A stretch of DNA of 44,335 bases, taken from assembly GCA_040143965.1 (NCBI GenBank), contig JASJQH010006906.1, positions 1 through 44,335 of the forward strand, read 5' to 3'. The notes beneath the pieces were generated by a model. That model was not told where the DNA came from and searched no databases. It was given only the letters and a program-made list of their open reading frames with translations. Made by a program: the position numbers and the translations under genes. Position 1 is the first letter of the stretch. Each line of letters opens with the position of its first letter. Of the stretch, positions 1 through 17,538 are shown one piece after another. The DNA is from Basidiobolus ranarum. Its lineage: Eukaryota.

Positions 1-3000
1 GTTGAGATCTTCTTCATCCTGAAACTCGACTTCTTCAGGAAGTTCTTGATCCGCAAGCTCCTCTTCCTCATCTTCATCATGATACTCATCCTCAGAGTCA
101 TCATCTGAGTATTTTCCAGGGCGTGCACGACGCTTGGAAGATGCTTTGATTGGAGATGGAATGGTTGGCTCTTTCAATAGTCTTTTATATTCATTCACTA
201 GTTGTTTAGCTAGTTTAGTGATCGGAGCGTTTACTTGATTAAAAATAGCGGCATTACTACTGATTAGCTCTACATCGAACAAAACCGCTCCACTTCTACG
301 ATAAAAACCCTGGGAAACTCTCTCCAAAACCATTTCAAAACACATGGGATAAGGAATAAGTTGAAGATAGGCCGGATAATGTTTGAAATTCACATGTTCT
401 CTGAAAGGCTCTGACTCTGCTTTGGATAGAATATATTCAAGTGCTTTCCTAATGTGAGTAGCTTCATCATCTGGTAATCTTTCTATCTCCCCAAGGTCTT
501 GTTGATAATTGGATCGGTACAATTCCCAGGGGCTATATGTTTGAATAGAGTCGCTGGAAGAGCCCCATTTAACGGTAAAGCATCGCCATGGGCTACTAGA
601 AGGTTCATCGGTTATATTGACTGGGGCAGAAATGGTACCTGGTGAGGTTTTGTCATTATAGATGGTCAACACCTCGTCTCCAACTTGAAGATTTTGTTCC
701 ATTCCAACCCTATACTGTGATAATAACATGATAAAATCCGGCGTCGTAGTTATATTATGGTACTCAATTTTGATGGTTTTCTTAGTAGGGTTCAAGTCAG
801 TTGAGGCTGGAAGAAAAGGCGAGGTAAATCCCGTTGGTTCCAATACTTTCACAGATAGCGTACACCAAGTAGGTGGGCCAACGCAATAGCTAATATCCAC
901 AATGACTCCAAACGTGACCATACTTAGTTCAGGATGGGAAACCCATGGATAGTGCTTGTCATTGAACTTTTCCAGAAGTGGTGTATGCTCTAAGTACTCT
1001 TTATGGCCTGGAATGATATAAGCGATTGTGTCTCCAGTTTGAGGAGTATACGGAGTTAGATTTGGCCTAGTGGATGAGATCCAATCACTGGGCACATACT
1101 TCGGAGCATGTTCAGAATCAGCATTCCCCTTCTTAACCAATTTTTTCTTACGTTTAGTGGTATCTTCCTCCTTAACAGTGCTGGCTGCTACCTCCACTTC
1201 TGTCTTCGAAGAGCCTTCGCCTGGGTCATTATAAGAGGGCTCTTCAGGATCGTCGGAATCATCGGATTGACTTGAATTTGAATCAGAAAATTCACTTGAG
1301 TCAGGCTCTTGATAACTAACTTGCTTACTACGCCTGGTGCGTTTTCCGACATCGTCAGTTTTACTGGAGGCTTTACGTTTTTCCCTTCTACGACTAGATT
1401 TTGCTTTCCGCTTTTTAGCTTTTAGAGCGGATCTTCTCGTTTGGACTCTACTATTCGCATCTTCCTCATCCTCTTCCTCCTCGTCTTTAACGACAAAATC
1501 CCTTAGACCATCATCATTTCGTTCTGGGAAATCTTCTCTTACAACTGCACAGTCTATTGAACCATCCGACTCTGATTCTGCTTCTGCCTCCTCTTCCGTA
1601 TACTCTTCATCATCATCGTCATCTGGTAATGGTATAATTGGGATGTCTATCGTCATGGGATCGATATCGTCATCATCAGAATCTCTAATCATCTTACTTC
1701 GACGCTTGTAGAGTTGTTTTTTGTCCAAGGTTTCAGGGATATGACAGCTGGTTTGGGTCGGAGTCAAATATTTCACCTCATCTGTTAGAAGTGCAACTTT
1801 GTATTGGTGTTCTTGTTGAAGCTCGCCAGGGGGAAGGCCTATAGGAAAATCAAAGCCGTATTTTGCCCCTTTCTGATGAACATACTCGCGACCATCAAAG
1901 TCAAAAATGGTCGATCGTTCCATTAGATGAGGGGCTAGTTGAGTTTGCTCGTCAACGACAAAAAAATTAATATCAAGTCTTATGGGTAGATAATCAGACC
2001 AAAACATTTGTTCTTTAAATTGTCGAACATGTTTGTACGGTTCAATGGGTTGCCCTGCACCAAATAGAAGGCACATTCCTTGATGATCAGTCACCGCAAA
2101 TAAAAGACCATCTTCTGACATGCGAATATCCAAAAATTGCCGCTCTGGATAACTAAAGCTGTTCAATTCATTGCCCGTGAAAATATCCCATATGACAATT
2201 TGTCCATCATATCCAGCACTGAGCAGTATTCTCGAGTCCGTAGTATGTGTTGCCAATGCGTAAACCTCAGCGGTATGCTTTCTTAATGTATGAATTAGTT
2301 CACCAGTACGAGATTCAAAAACTCGGATACCACCATCAGTTCCGGAGACAATGACGTAAACATCGTTAAGACTCCAGTTGACCATAGCTACTTTGTTCTT
2401 TTTCTGATGTGCAGCTCGACTACGTCCGCGAGAGGGATGAGGATCAGGATTTGAATCTTGCAATAAATTGGATGAGCCATTTTCGACTCCTGCCTCAAGA
2501 CCAGCATTTATTGAATTGGCGTTATCAACTGTATTTGTGTAGTTAGCTTCTTGGCGAGATAATTCTTCGGGTCTTTCAATGGTATTTGGCGGGGCCGACT
2601 GAGATGTCGGATGTGTTGATGGGGCTGGAGTTGATACGACTATCGGGTCACCTGCCTGCGTAGGAGGTGCATCTGGCTGGCCTTCATCCTTTAGATCATC
2701 GCGAACATCCAAAATAATTGAAGACCAAGTATTTTGAATTGAATCGAAGGTCCAAATGCGTGCAGTTCCATCAATAGAGCCTGATAGAAGTTGCTTTCCA
2801 CTATGACTGTAGATCAGTGTTGTTACGCATCCTTGATGACCATCGAGCTGTGCTGTTAATCTAGGCTCAGCGAAAATGGGAAACCGAGATTGAATTGACG
2901 AGATCAAATTTTTACGCTCTTCTGGGGAAACATCTGACAATTCATTTTCACAAGGATGAATGGTTGATATAACTCTAACAAACCCATCTGTCCCAGCCAC

Positions 3001-4567
3001 TGCAAACTGGGTTCCAGTTTTGTTAAAGCTACAACAACGGGCTTCATCTCTGGCCAGAGTTTTACAATCGATGATGTAAGGATACGGGTCGAAAGTGTTC
3101 TTCTCACAGTCCCATTTCCAAATTCTAGAAGTACCATCGTCGCTAGTGGCCAATATATACCGGTTTTCAGGAATCGGAGAAGGAGAAAATACGACATTTG
3201 TAAAGGCTTTGCGCTAAAAGAAGGGAATATATTAATCTAAAGCGCAATATAGAGCTATGAATTCAACTGTCTCGTAGACTATGATTCTTACCCCAGTCCC
3301 AGTATTACCCCGAAGTACGGCTATAGGCTCACCATTGGCCAATGCCCAAATTCTAACTACTCCATCTTGAGAGGCTGTAGCCAACATTGTATTCCCGGGA
3401 TTGATAGCAAGATCAGTAATAACGTCGAGATGACCTCTTAAAGTATATATCAAGTACCCCGTTCGAGCGCACCATATTTTGACAAGATAATCATCACTTC
3501 CCTTTGATATCGTATTTTTAGTTAGTTATAGACGAGATACGTATTTGGAGGTTTGGCTTCACCAACTTACAGTTATAACTCGCAGTCCAACTCTATCGAA
3601 AAGTACACAATAAACTGGATATTTGTGACCTTGCATTGGAACCAACTACAAAATGGAATCGTTAATAATCCACGCGCAAACAAAATTTTTCAACCTATAA
3701 AACCTCGGTGTATTGAGAGTGGAGATATCGAGCGGGCTCAGTAGGTATGCGAGGAAGGTTCTCTATTTGTCGTGTAAATACATTGACACCTAGACCCGTA
3801 GTAACATCGAGTTAATTCAAATGATGGTAATTGGCTGAAAGAAGCCAGAATATTCATACTCGAACCAAACTGGGCTAGACCAGGAAAATGCCGCCATTTG
3901 AGTTGCCTACGACGTTTGTCATTACTTCGCCACTCTGGGTTGTGAACTGACTGTTCTCGCATAACTGAACCTTCATCTTCACCAAGAACAGTATTTAACC
4001 CAGTGGTAGGTGGGGGGATTAATTTGTCAGTGTTTTTGATGTGCTTCTCTAATAGATCGTATAAAAAAGTGGGAGGGAGATGTGAATGTTTTTTTGTCTA
4101 GGTCGGAAATCGAGTAATTTAGTCAATGCTTGAAATCTATGTTTAGCAATAACTATATTCCATGTGAGGATATATGTAAATATCAACTCTACTCACCAAC
4201 TCAAAAACCGATCTTGGTCGTGGATTCCCTTTCCAGTCGTACCGGATTGGGAGGAGATCCGGCATGTTATTTATATCATCAAGTAGAGCTTTTGCGGCAT
4301 TTTGGCAAGGACCACTGGCCAAAAAACGCGCTATTAAGTAATATATCTAAAATAAGGAAACGCCAGCCATTAAGAAGTTTCTTCTAAAAAAAGACAAAGA
4401 GAACGCGTTTTACCTCTGCGTAAATGGAACAAATGGAAAGTGCGACATAAGAATATTGAGGAGGTTGTAGTATGGATGGAGAAGGTTAGGTGTTGCTGTC
4501 TTGAAGAAATGATTGAAAAAAGATTGATAATAAATTTAGACGAACCTCGAGCAAGGTTTGGGTCCAT
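1..4567 (-). CDS. PHIP/BRWD-family WD40-repeat and bromodomain protein (multi-exon, 3' end outside window)
   Basis: Spliced translation gives IYYLIARFLASGPCQNAAKALL...LLPIRYDWKGNPR (4346 downward, LisH-like PHIP N-terminus), WD40 repeats (GHKYPVYCVLFD...GSDDYLVKIW; LRGHLDVITDLAINPGNTMLATASQDGVVRIW), a YTPQTGDTIAYIIPGH segment and a bromodomain at ~200-420 (SEPFREHVNFKHYPAYLQLIPYPMCFEMVLERVSQGFYR). The long last exon runs from ~3214 off the window. The start at 4567 depends on a micro-exon model (see findings). Confidence 0.9.
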
Positions 4568-4921
4568 ATAAATAGTTGACCCTTCTTTACAACACCTATG
4601 AAATAACGAAGTATCTAAGAACCTAAAGAGACTTTAGCAAAAGTAGCCACCACCATAAAACTTTAGTATACTATCTTAACCATTCTGAGATATCTGAAGC
4701 GATCAATCAATTCATCAGCTGAAATTTGTTGGGTACTTTGAAGTTATTTGGTTTCAGATCATAATGCAGTCAAGCGAATCATAATTATGATCAATTAATC
4801 GGTGATTGAAATCGGTTGATTACAAATAACTGTTGATAGCATTGAAGTAGAATATTTGAAGCAAGAGTTTATTATTTGGTTATGGATCGAAAACACTGAG
4901 TGAAAGCTATACTCTGTTGCG

Positions 4922-6191
4922 CTATTGCTGCCGCTGATTATGAAGCTAGAATTGAATGTAATGTTGAGTACGTAGAAAATACAAGCAGAATAGTGAACCT
5001 ATTATACCTCTTCATTTTCAGCCAGGAGTTCCGTGACTGCAGTCTGTAACTCTTGAACTTCATTTTGTGATTCAATATATTTCGATTCGAATGGTTCTGA
5101 TATTGATATTTGCTTTTGTAAGTGATCAATGGCTGCTTTCTGCTCTTCTAATTGTATAGTCTGGACCTCGAGATTAGAAGAGTCGGGAGACACCGCTTGT
5201 TCAAGAAGATATTTATGATCTTCTAGAGTTGCCTCACTGTTTTCCAGCTCTTTTTTGATTTCCATAAAGCTCGATTTAGGAACGTAGCTGCTCTGTAGTT
5301 GAGCAATACTCTCTTGTAGCTCTTGGATTCTAATAGACTCTTGATCTACTTCTTTCGAATTCTTATCTCGCTTTACTTGACTGTGAATGTAACGATGTAA
5401 TTCATCTTCAATACCACGAACGACCACTTGGAGACGATCTTGATAAGCCTTAAGAGAAGGATCATCTTTGATGGTTTCGAAAATGGATGTAATCTGGGCC
5501 ATTTCAGTGGAGATATTGTGAATAACATCTTTATAGTAAGCCTCTCGAACACTTTTCTCGTTGATTTTCTTTTTCACACGCATAGTTTTCGATGGGGTTG
5601 CTGGATTGATATTCTCCTAAAAGTTATTATAGAATATCCAGTAGATTAATAATTATACCAAGAAATATGGATGTACAGGGAGTCTCTACTTTTTCTCCTT
5701 CAACATTCTCGCATGCTTGCAGTGACTTTGAGGTGATTGGTGTAAGTTTTTTGGGAGAAGTGTGTTTGAGTGCTTTTATCCGAAGAGGACTCTTGTGAAA
5801 TGACTAAATTTGACACGTTAATGAGAGTAAAATAAACAACGATACAGAGTTTGAACTTACCTTTGGTAATTTGATGGATTTGCTTTTTGTTTGCAATTTT
5901 TTAGAAAGAGTACCCTAACAATGTGAAGGTTAGTATAAGTGACACAGCGGGACACTAACGATAAAGATAATAAGATAATTGAGACGTACGGTTATGTTCT
6001 GTACTTGAGTTTTGTCCTGAAGTGGTTTTTGAGTTTTTTTCTAAGCAAAAAGATTCGGTTAGAAAAGAAATCCGATACTTGAATCGAAGGTTAAGAATAT
6101 TAATTACGTTTAGAGAACTCTTGATAGTATCCGTGTTGAATACTTCGACCTTTGAGGCTCTACGATTCTCATTTTCTAACAAATGAGCCAT
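4922..6191 (-). CDS. Hypothetical coiled-coil protein with KEN box and CDK-type sites (6 exons)
   Basis: Exons join through GT-AG introns: MAHLLENEN...SSLN / KKTQKPLQDKTQVQNIT / GTLSKK...LPK / SFHKSPLR...GEK / ENINPATPSK + ORF 5002-5583 (heptad-rich, E/Q/K/L-rich) / LHNQRQQ*. No family recognised. Confidence 0.7.
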
Positions 6192-6301
6192 TCTTGGAAT
6201 AGTACTGGTGGTTGGCGTTGTGAAGTGGTTATCTTTTGTTTACATAAATGAATGGGTTTATTTTGTATTTAAAAAATTCCGTATTCTTGATATCAGATCG
6301 A

Positions 6302-6324
6302 ACGCGTTATGGAAAGGTAAACAA
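6302..6324. promoter_or_regulatory. MCB-like (ACGCGT) and forkhead-like (GTAAACAA) motifs upstream of the coiled-coil gene
   Basis: ACGCGT at 6302-6307 and GTAAACAA at 6317-6324, 110-135 bp upstream of the ATG at 6191. Short motifs, so chance occurrence is possible. Confidence 0.35.
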
Positions 6325-6565
6325 TCGAAAATTCCTCGAACATCATTCGCGTGTTCTAAGCATTCATGAAAGAAGATCAACAGAGATGATTAATCGTTGT
6401 TTGGATCATGTCGATTTCATCTAGTAGATAAATGGATCTTATTACAAATATTAACATCACTGCTGAGTTTATTATTTAATGATTGAACGGCATGATAAAG
6501 AAGGGTTGTTATTAAGCACAATGAATCAATCAAAAAGCAGCTAAACATGTAATACATTCTTTGCT

Positions 6566-9500
6566 CTACATGGAAGAGGTGTAACCGAAGTTGTTACCAG
6601 TATAGCCTTGGTCTACAGAATACTGATCGATGTTATCAGGAGTCTTTCGTTCATTAATCCGTTGGGTTGTTATATATTGCCTGAGTGAAGCAAAGTTATA
6701 GTTAGTGCGCTGAGAGTACAACGTAGAATATTCTTAAACTTACAGGGACCCAGATGTATATTTACGCATGGCTTGTTTGCGCTGTTTCTCGTTCAATTTA
6801 GATTTGGGAAGAGCATCATTTTTGACAAACACAATCGTATCTATCAAGAATTGATGCTCATCAAGAAGAGCATCTACAATCAAAGGTATCATCCCAAGTG
6901 CTAGATGCTCATAGTTGGCCTGGATTTGAATGATTGCAACCACCTCCTCGTCCAATGTTTTGAAAACAATACTACACAATGCCAGTCAAGTTAGTCTCAA
7001 GTGGATAGAAGAAACATACGGTAGTAAATGGGCTTACCTTCCATCTGGAGTGATTAGTTCATGGGACTTCTCGATGGTGTTCTCTACATCAATGGGGTAA
7101 TGAGTAAGGTCATTCACATCAAAGGTGTCATCGATCGAACCAAGGACGAAGAGAAGAGGGTCATCTTCTGAGTTGTTTGGATCTGGGTACAAAAAGCCTA
7201 GATCTCCAGTACGAACATAATTCATTTGTGGATCTCCATTTTCAATATGAACCATATATCGTTCAGCGTTAACTGCGTCAGATCCACCGATACCATTGCA
7301 TTCACTAGAAACCCAAATCTCCCCAATCTCACCAGAGTAACATATCTTTCTAGTCACTGGATTCACAATCGCGACCAATGTATTCCGCGGAACCTGGAGA
7401 TAGTAAACATCAGCATGAAATGAAATGAAATAGTTAACTCAGGTCAAGTGCTAGATTAATTTACCTTGCCAGAATCATGGAGCATGATACAGAAAGGTGC
7501 ATCATTCTCTTCCAAAACAACAACCTTTCCTCTTCTCAAACTCTTGGGATCAAGGAAAAGTTGAAGAGGTTCGGATTTAAGATACGACCGAGTACTGACC
7601 ATCGGATTAGCGCTAGTTCCGTACAAAGTGACCACTGCAGAGTGCTCCAATCTATTGGCAAGGAAGGCTTTGACCACACTCTCATCTATATAAACAAAAG
7701 AAGCTATTAAAAATAGGCAACGCAAGAGGCTGACGAAATTTGCTTCCTACGTATTTCTGGACTAGGGCGGCCTTCAGATGGGATAAGAAGGTTATGAACC
7801 TGACTCAAAGAGAAGGTTTTATAATCACCGCTGCCCATATACGACATAGCGTGTTGTAACATGGGAGTTGTCGCGAATGCGTCTTTGACTGGATTTGAAG
7901 AGGATTAGCCAAATGCCGACATATTCAAAATATGAACAAACCGCTAACCTTTATACTTATACACCACCTCAAACCACACTTGAGGGTTCGAAAAGAAGTC
8001 TGGCGGGGTAATCAAAAGACTGGTACATCCTTATATCGTTAAAGAGTGAGTTGTGATGAGGTTATAGTTGCTTACATACGATAAATGAATACATACCAAC
8101 AAATATCCCCATCATGGTGGCTTGCATAAATCCAAAACCGTTGAATGTTCTAGCACAGGATATTAATGGTCGTCCTGAGATCATTTGGAAGATAGATTTT
8201 TGTAATTGGCAGTGTGAAATGACGGCATGGTGTGTGAGACGAACGGACGTGCGCTTCATATCCGGGCTCATATACGATAATATCAAGGCAGTGCTACCAG
8301 GTTGAAGCCATTGTTCTCTACCCTTAAAGCTACCATCTTGACCCAACATCTTGCTAGTTTTAGGGGCTTTAGTTGTATTGAAAATGTAAGGAAAACGAAG
8401 ATTTGGATAATAGGAGCGCAAATATGATTGAACTTGCTTCCCGCTCATCAATTCTTCGGTGACGGTATTCACTAGAATACTCTTAACCCTGAATTCTTGT
8501 ATGATTTCTACAAGTTCAATAAAATCCGCGTGTAGTCGTGTGACATCTGGTTGCGCGAGTGGAATTGGAATAAGACCACATACTAAACAAGCATGAACGG
8601 CGACGATGAAGTCCAGTCCATGAGGGAAAATCAATACTACATGATCACCAGCTTTCAATCCTCTTTTTTCAACCAAGTAATATGCTAACGAGGAGATCTT
8701 TCCGTTCAATTTTTTGAAAGTTATCGACTTGATTTCACGTCCTCTCAAGTCTAATGTAACGAACGCTCTATCTTCGGGAGTCATTGATGATCTCCAAATA
8801 AGAATATCCGTGATGTTTTGGAATTGAACTAAGTCGGTACCGGTCCGCTCATCGATCACATTATGAATGGGCTCCAGCCTTGTACATTGCGGAACCTTGG
8901 GGCTGCTTGGATTCTCCAAATTGGAATCTGTTTTTAATAAGGTATGAGATGGAAACTAAAGGGTAGAGTCAAGTAGGTTTATACATTACCGTAGGGATCA
9001 TCGCCATCCAGAGTGGGAAGAGTAGACAAGAGGTCGTTCACTGAGAATTTAAGCATGATTATTTGAAGCTTTCCATTACGGAAATGTTTTCGACAAAGTT
9101 CGGTATTAATGGTGTATTTTCCATTTCTGAGAGACCGAGGAAGTGTACTGGGAAGACATATAGCTATACAATACAGATCCAAGTGATAGAAATCCAAGAC
9201 AAATTGATGCAAACGTTCTACAAACGCGGTGTGTTGCTCTTTTGAAATGTTACTCTCCAAAACCAACACCGGCAGATTTTCTTCATTAGCATAATGATTG
9301 AAGATTGCACTATATATGAGGAATGGAACCAATAAGCCATGTGTGTAGAAGTAAATAATTGAAGAAAGCGCTTTCTTTACCAAACATCAATCGCGTCAAT
9401 GTATGTCTTGATAGTGTTGATCATGTCGGGAGTATAGTGATATTTGTACTTTACAACGCTGATTGCTCTGGTAGTAGAGCCCTCTGTGATCATCGCATCG

Positions 9501-12500
9501 TACACTTTCTGCCGAATTCTCTGCTCGTAAAGACCAAAAATAACCAGTTTTCCGTTGATTAAAGTTCCCATCAGACCTGTTCTCAAGAACTCTTGCTCAA
9601 TTGGCTTTGGGACCTCTTCGTGGCTGGAAAAATAGAGCGGCTGGGCATGGAAAATACTTCGAGTGAGTTTGGGAAGTGCCCAGAAACCACCACTTAATGC
9701 GGGTGAGTCAATCCAGACTTCACCAATGACATTGGGTGCGCATAAAATTTTAGTGTCAGGATCGACAATCGCTACCGTAGCTATAAAGAAAGAAATGTTA
9801 AGCTAATACGACGATTCAAGAGTATAGGTAAAATAAATACATTGAGGCATGGCATAGCCGAATGGCTCTACCCACAAAGTATCTTTTGGATCCCATCTAG
9901 AGAAATTCTCCTGGCAAGTATCAAGAATCTTCATGGAATTTCCTCTTAACGCATCTCGCTCAATTAAGCAATTCCACGTTTCTCTTTCTCTTTCGTCTGC
10001 TACACTAACTTGTGGAATTGGGTTTTTCGGTAAATAATCACGGAAACTTAAGATCATGCCACCATGTTCAGGCAAGCTGCACATAGGAGTAATAACTTGT
10101 TGTGGGTACCGACAACCAAATGGAGTCAAGAGGTACTCGGCAATCTCCATATTGAAATATGGATCAATATTAAAGGTGTCGATCAGCAACAAACGAAGGC
10201 TCGAGAATTCAAACTCTTGCTTTTTGTTGTAACTTAAAGAGTTGTCATTTTCTTTTCGGAAGGAGGATATGACAGTGGCAAGGCCTGTATAATCGGATAC
10301 ACCAATGGTGGCTACAAAGGAATCAGAGTATTTTAGCAAGGCAGTACTATCAAGAAGATAGGCTCAATAAACCAATCACTAACCTCGGTATCTAGTCATA
10401 CAACCCATCCATAACCCAGGGATTTCAAGAGCAGTACTACTGCTAATACAAACCGTATAATTGCCACAGTATACACCAATAAAAGCGGTAAGAATAAGAC
10501 CAACTTGCATTCTTGGCTCAATGGCATTTACTAGTACGTCTCCCGAACTTCTAGATGCCGCTTTGAATGCTGCACACTGGGCCATAATCGTCATATGGCT
10601 AATTCCCACACCTTTTAACTCGCCATTGGGACTCTTCGAATACTCAATATAAGCTAAATCGGTTGGTTCAACAGCAGAATTTTGCTCATTATAGTTCTGT
10701 TTACGGTTGAGACTTCCTAAATCATTGGTTTTAATCCACTCTAGAGAAGTGGGCCATTCATCACGATGATTTTGAAGATCTCGAGTCAAAGCTTTAATGT
10801 TAAGCTCAGTAGACAAGACTAAAGCAGTTCTAGTGGTTTTTAGAATAAACACTACTTCGGCAAGACTATCGGTGTTCACAATCGGAACCGCAACAGCCCC
10901 AATGAAAAAGCAAGCAAACAATGCTGAAATGAAATCCAGATATTCCGATTTACGATAAACTAACCCAATTCTATCTCCTTTACGAACATCAGATTTGCCT
11001 CTAAGAAGTTGGGCAATCTTTTCAGCTCTTCCCACAAGTTTATCCCATGAGTAAGCGCCAATATCTTTGCCTTTACCGTCCAATACACTATACGCAACGT
11101 TTCGAGGAGTGTGGGCAGCTCGAAAGCGCAAAACACTTGGGAGAGTGGTAAAATTTTCGAGAGAAACGTTAGACTCGCCGTCATATAGAGTGAAGGGAAT
11201 TGGTCTGGGCATAGAAGGAAGCACTGGTATATCATGAGATTCGTCTCTTTCATTGATGGAGTCGGATCTTAGCGACTGGCTCTCCGTCTCGACGTTATCG
11301 TATTCGCGTCTCTCTGCATATAACAATGCAATGGTTTTTTAGTTAAGAAACTTCAACAACATTAAAAATTTAGAATACTACACACCATCCGAGTGTAAGT
11401 TAGTTTGTCCTAGTCTTTCATTCAAAGAGGATATGCCATCATCGGAAGGATAGTTTTTGGTCATAGGGGCGACTGGGGGATATGTGCTACTTGGAGTACT
11501 TTGTCCATAGGCCCCTGTGGGTGCTTCAATACTTTGATTCAAAGAAACAGGTGAATCAGTCCTATCAAAATATCCAATGTTCTGAGGAGCTCCAGGGTTA
11601 TTCGGTAAAAAATTAGGATTGTATGGCTGAGTGGAATATCCAGGATTTGAATTGTCTGATTGGGCGGATATTTGGGAAAGTCGATGGATATCCAAACCAC
11701 CTGTGGGTGATCTTCCCAGGTTGTAGGAAGTTGGTGATATCGGAGATGTAGGGTTCGAAGGTGATTGAAGAGTGTCACTATGGTGAGAATACCTCGACCC
11801 TGAGCTATATCGTTGATCAGAGGGGTGTGGGTACCCGGGTGTGGTCTGGTGAGGAATTATATTGACTTGGATTCTTCCTCTATCAGTGTCGGTCTCCACT
11901 CTGGGAGGAGCAGCCAAGCGAGCATTATAAGGTAAAGCATTAGTAGGAGGTTGGGGATGGTTATATTGTGCTTTTCCTATGTTTGGGTCGTATTCATAGG
12001 ATCCATAATTGTTATAGGGTGAGTACGGTGTAGAATAGGAGGGGTATTGTTGATTTTCTGCATTGGTGTCTGCTGGATATGGGTAACTATCGTTTCTAGA
12101 TAACTGATAGTCAGGGACACTAGTCATATCATTACTTGTTCGTACACCTGCAGTTTGAGGATACTGCTGAGGATACTGTTGGGGAGGAGGAGCATGAGTG
12201 TAGGGATACTGTTGAGGATAGTGATGCTGGAAATTTTGTGCTCCAGCTGAAGTTCGACCACCGGAATTAGCTGGGGGTAATTGACTACCACCAGAATAAC
12301 TTGGATGAGCTTGAATATCATAAGGTCTTCCAATATCCCGATTAGAAGTTGAACTAGATATAGAGTTTCCGGAGAGTCGCACACGTTGATAATCCAAAAG
12401 AATCTGGTTCCTTTTTTTATGGTAACCCTTTTGTGTTATATCACCATCTGCAAGCTCCCGCTCTAATTGAGCTAGTTGATGACGTATTGGAGCAGGAAAC

Positions 12501-12529
12501 TCTGGCGAGCCTCTGTTATCGAGTTCCAT
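6566..12529 (-). CDS. DIP2: DIP2/Cmr2/Cps1-family protein: DMAP1-binding domain plus tandem FAAL-like AMP-binding domains
   Basis: N-terminal LAQLERELADGDITQKGYHKKR (DMAP-binding signature), adenylation-like domain 1 (DLAYIEYSKSPNGELKGV; FLRTGLMG) and domain 2 (GEIGEIWV, YVRTGDLGFL, HYPIDVENTIE). About 11 exons, all joined in frame by GT-AG; last exon ends YTSSM* at 6566. Confidence 0.93.
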
Positions 12530-13438
12530 TATTAGCCCAAACCTAAGTTCGCTTTACCCTGAAATCAAGGAAACTGTAAATAATGATTAGCACCTCTACA
12601 CTTTTAAAAACAAATGACAATTGTCACTACAAACAAGTCGGGCAATAGAATAAAGTATAACGCGTTCAGAATACTTGTATATATATTCTCGCTATCTCGA
12701 ATTGGGAAACGAGACAAGATTATTTAGTGAGAGGAGGTGGAATGTTATGCGTACCTTTATAAACTCAATTGCAAGGAATCTGTGTTTTCCAGACGAAGAA
12801 GTAGGTCAGGATTTAATACAATACTAATAGCTAATTCACGAAAATATTAGTCCCTATGGTGATAGGTTGATGCAATACAAATTGCAAGGCTGATTGCCAA
12901 TAGTGCCTTACATTACGGAAACCACACTAATCGTAGAAACAACGATACATACAATGTTATGCCAAGTATTCCACAAATTGCTTAAAATAACATGAAGCAG
13001 GCCACAGCCAAATATGTAATTTGAAAAACCAGTATTTTCCGGCGGGTTATGTTACCCCCAAATACATAAACCAAGTGAGAAGTCACTGAACACAGGTGTA
13101 AATTAAATGTGGATGTGCATTGTCTTTGATTTATCCAAAACATAGCTAAACACATGTACTTCGAATCCACACACATCAGGTTTAGGGTGTTAACTCATCC
13201 ATCTTTTTTACACATCTTTTACATATTATCTGAAAGCATTAATGATCATTTTGGGATGATTTACTGAAATACACCATTATCCATATAATTCTGATGACAG
13301 CTGAATTTAATATTTGTACGTGTTGTATTAGGAAACCAATTTATTGTGATCGACTAGGATATGCAACGAGACAGATTAGATTTCGCGTTTGTTTTTTAGC
13401 TAATACCTATTTTCTTCTGAACCAAAGTCAATAGTAAA

Positions 13439-16867
<3,429 letters not shown>

Positions 16868-17538
16868 AGTGATATATTCCAATGTTCTAAATTCCTTCGT
16901 ATGTATTCTTATGTTTGTTGCCACAATTACTCAATAAATTGAATAAGCTGTACATGTGGTATAGATTCTATTACTTGTTAATTGTTGAATTGTATTCGTT
17001 GCTATATCGTCACTGCATAAACCGCTCGAACCCGATCCAACCCAAAACAATCATGTATCTGGAATATGACGACTGAATTGGCGCTAAAATATCCTGATTA
17101 AACATAAATATCGAAAATATCGTTAGGAAGGTTTATTTACATACAATCAACCATCCGCAAAACAATCCGATGTTTCTAAACCGAACTGGGGTAAGATGTA
17201 ATTTAGATAATTAACCTACATCATCACTACCTACCTATATTCTATATAACCTCGTAATAAACTACATGCCACAACAGGTATAACCTATTAATTTATTATA
17301 TACTAACTTAAAGTTGTCCACACTAGTGTCGGTTCGATATACACGTCTCACCAAGACAAATGTTTATTTGTATAACTCTTGAAGCAAAATATATTTATTG
17401 ATCCACTTCAAGCAACGCCTATAAGCCTACAAGTATTCTTGGCATCTCTATAGATTATTTTGCTCCACCATTACTTCAAGCTACGCGAGTCTCCCCTTTA
17501 TTTTATCGTCGTCTTTTCCCCCCGGATTTAGTGTGGCT

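Noticed and set aside
1337-1711. Ser-rich 124-aa plus-strand ORF
   Set aside because: Antisense shadow of the acidic D/E-rich region of the PHIP/BRWD gene.
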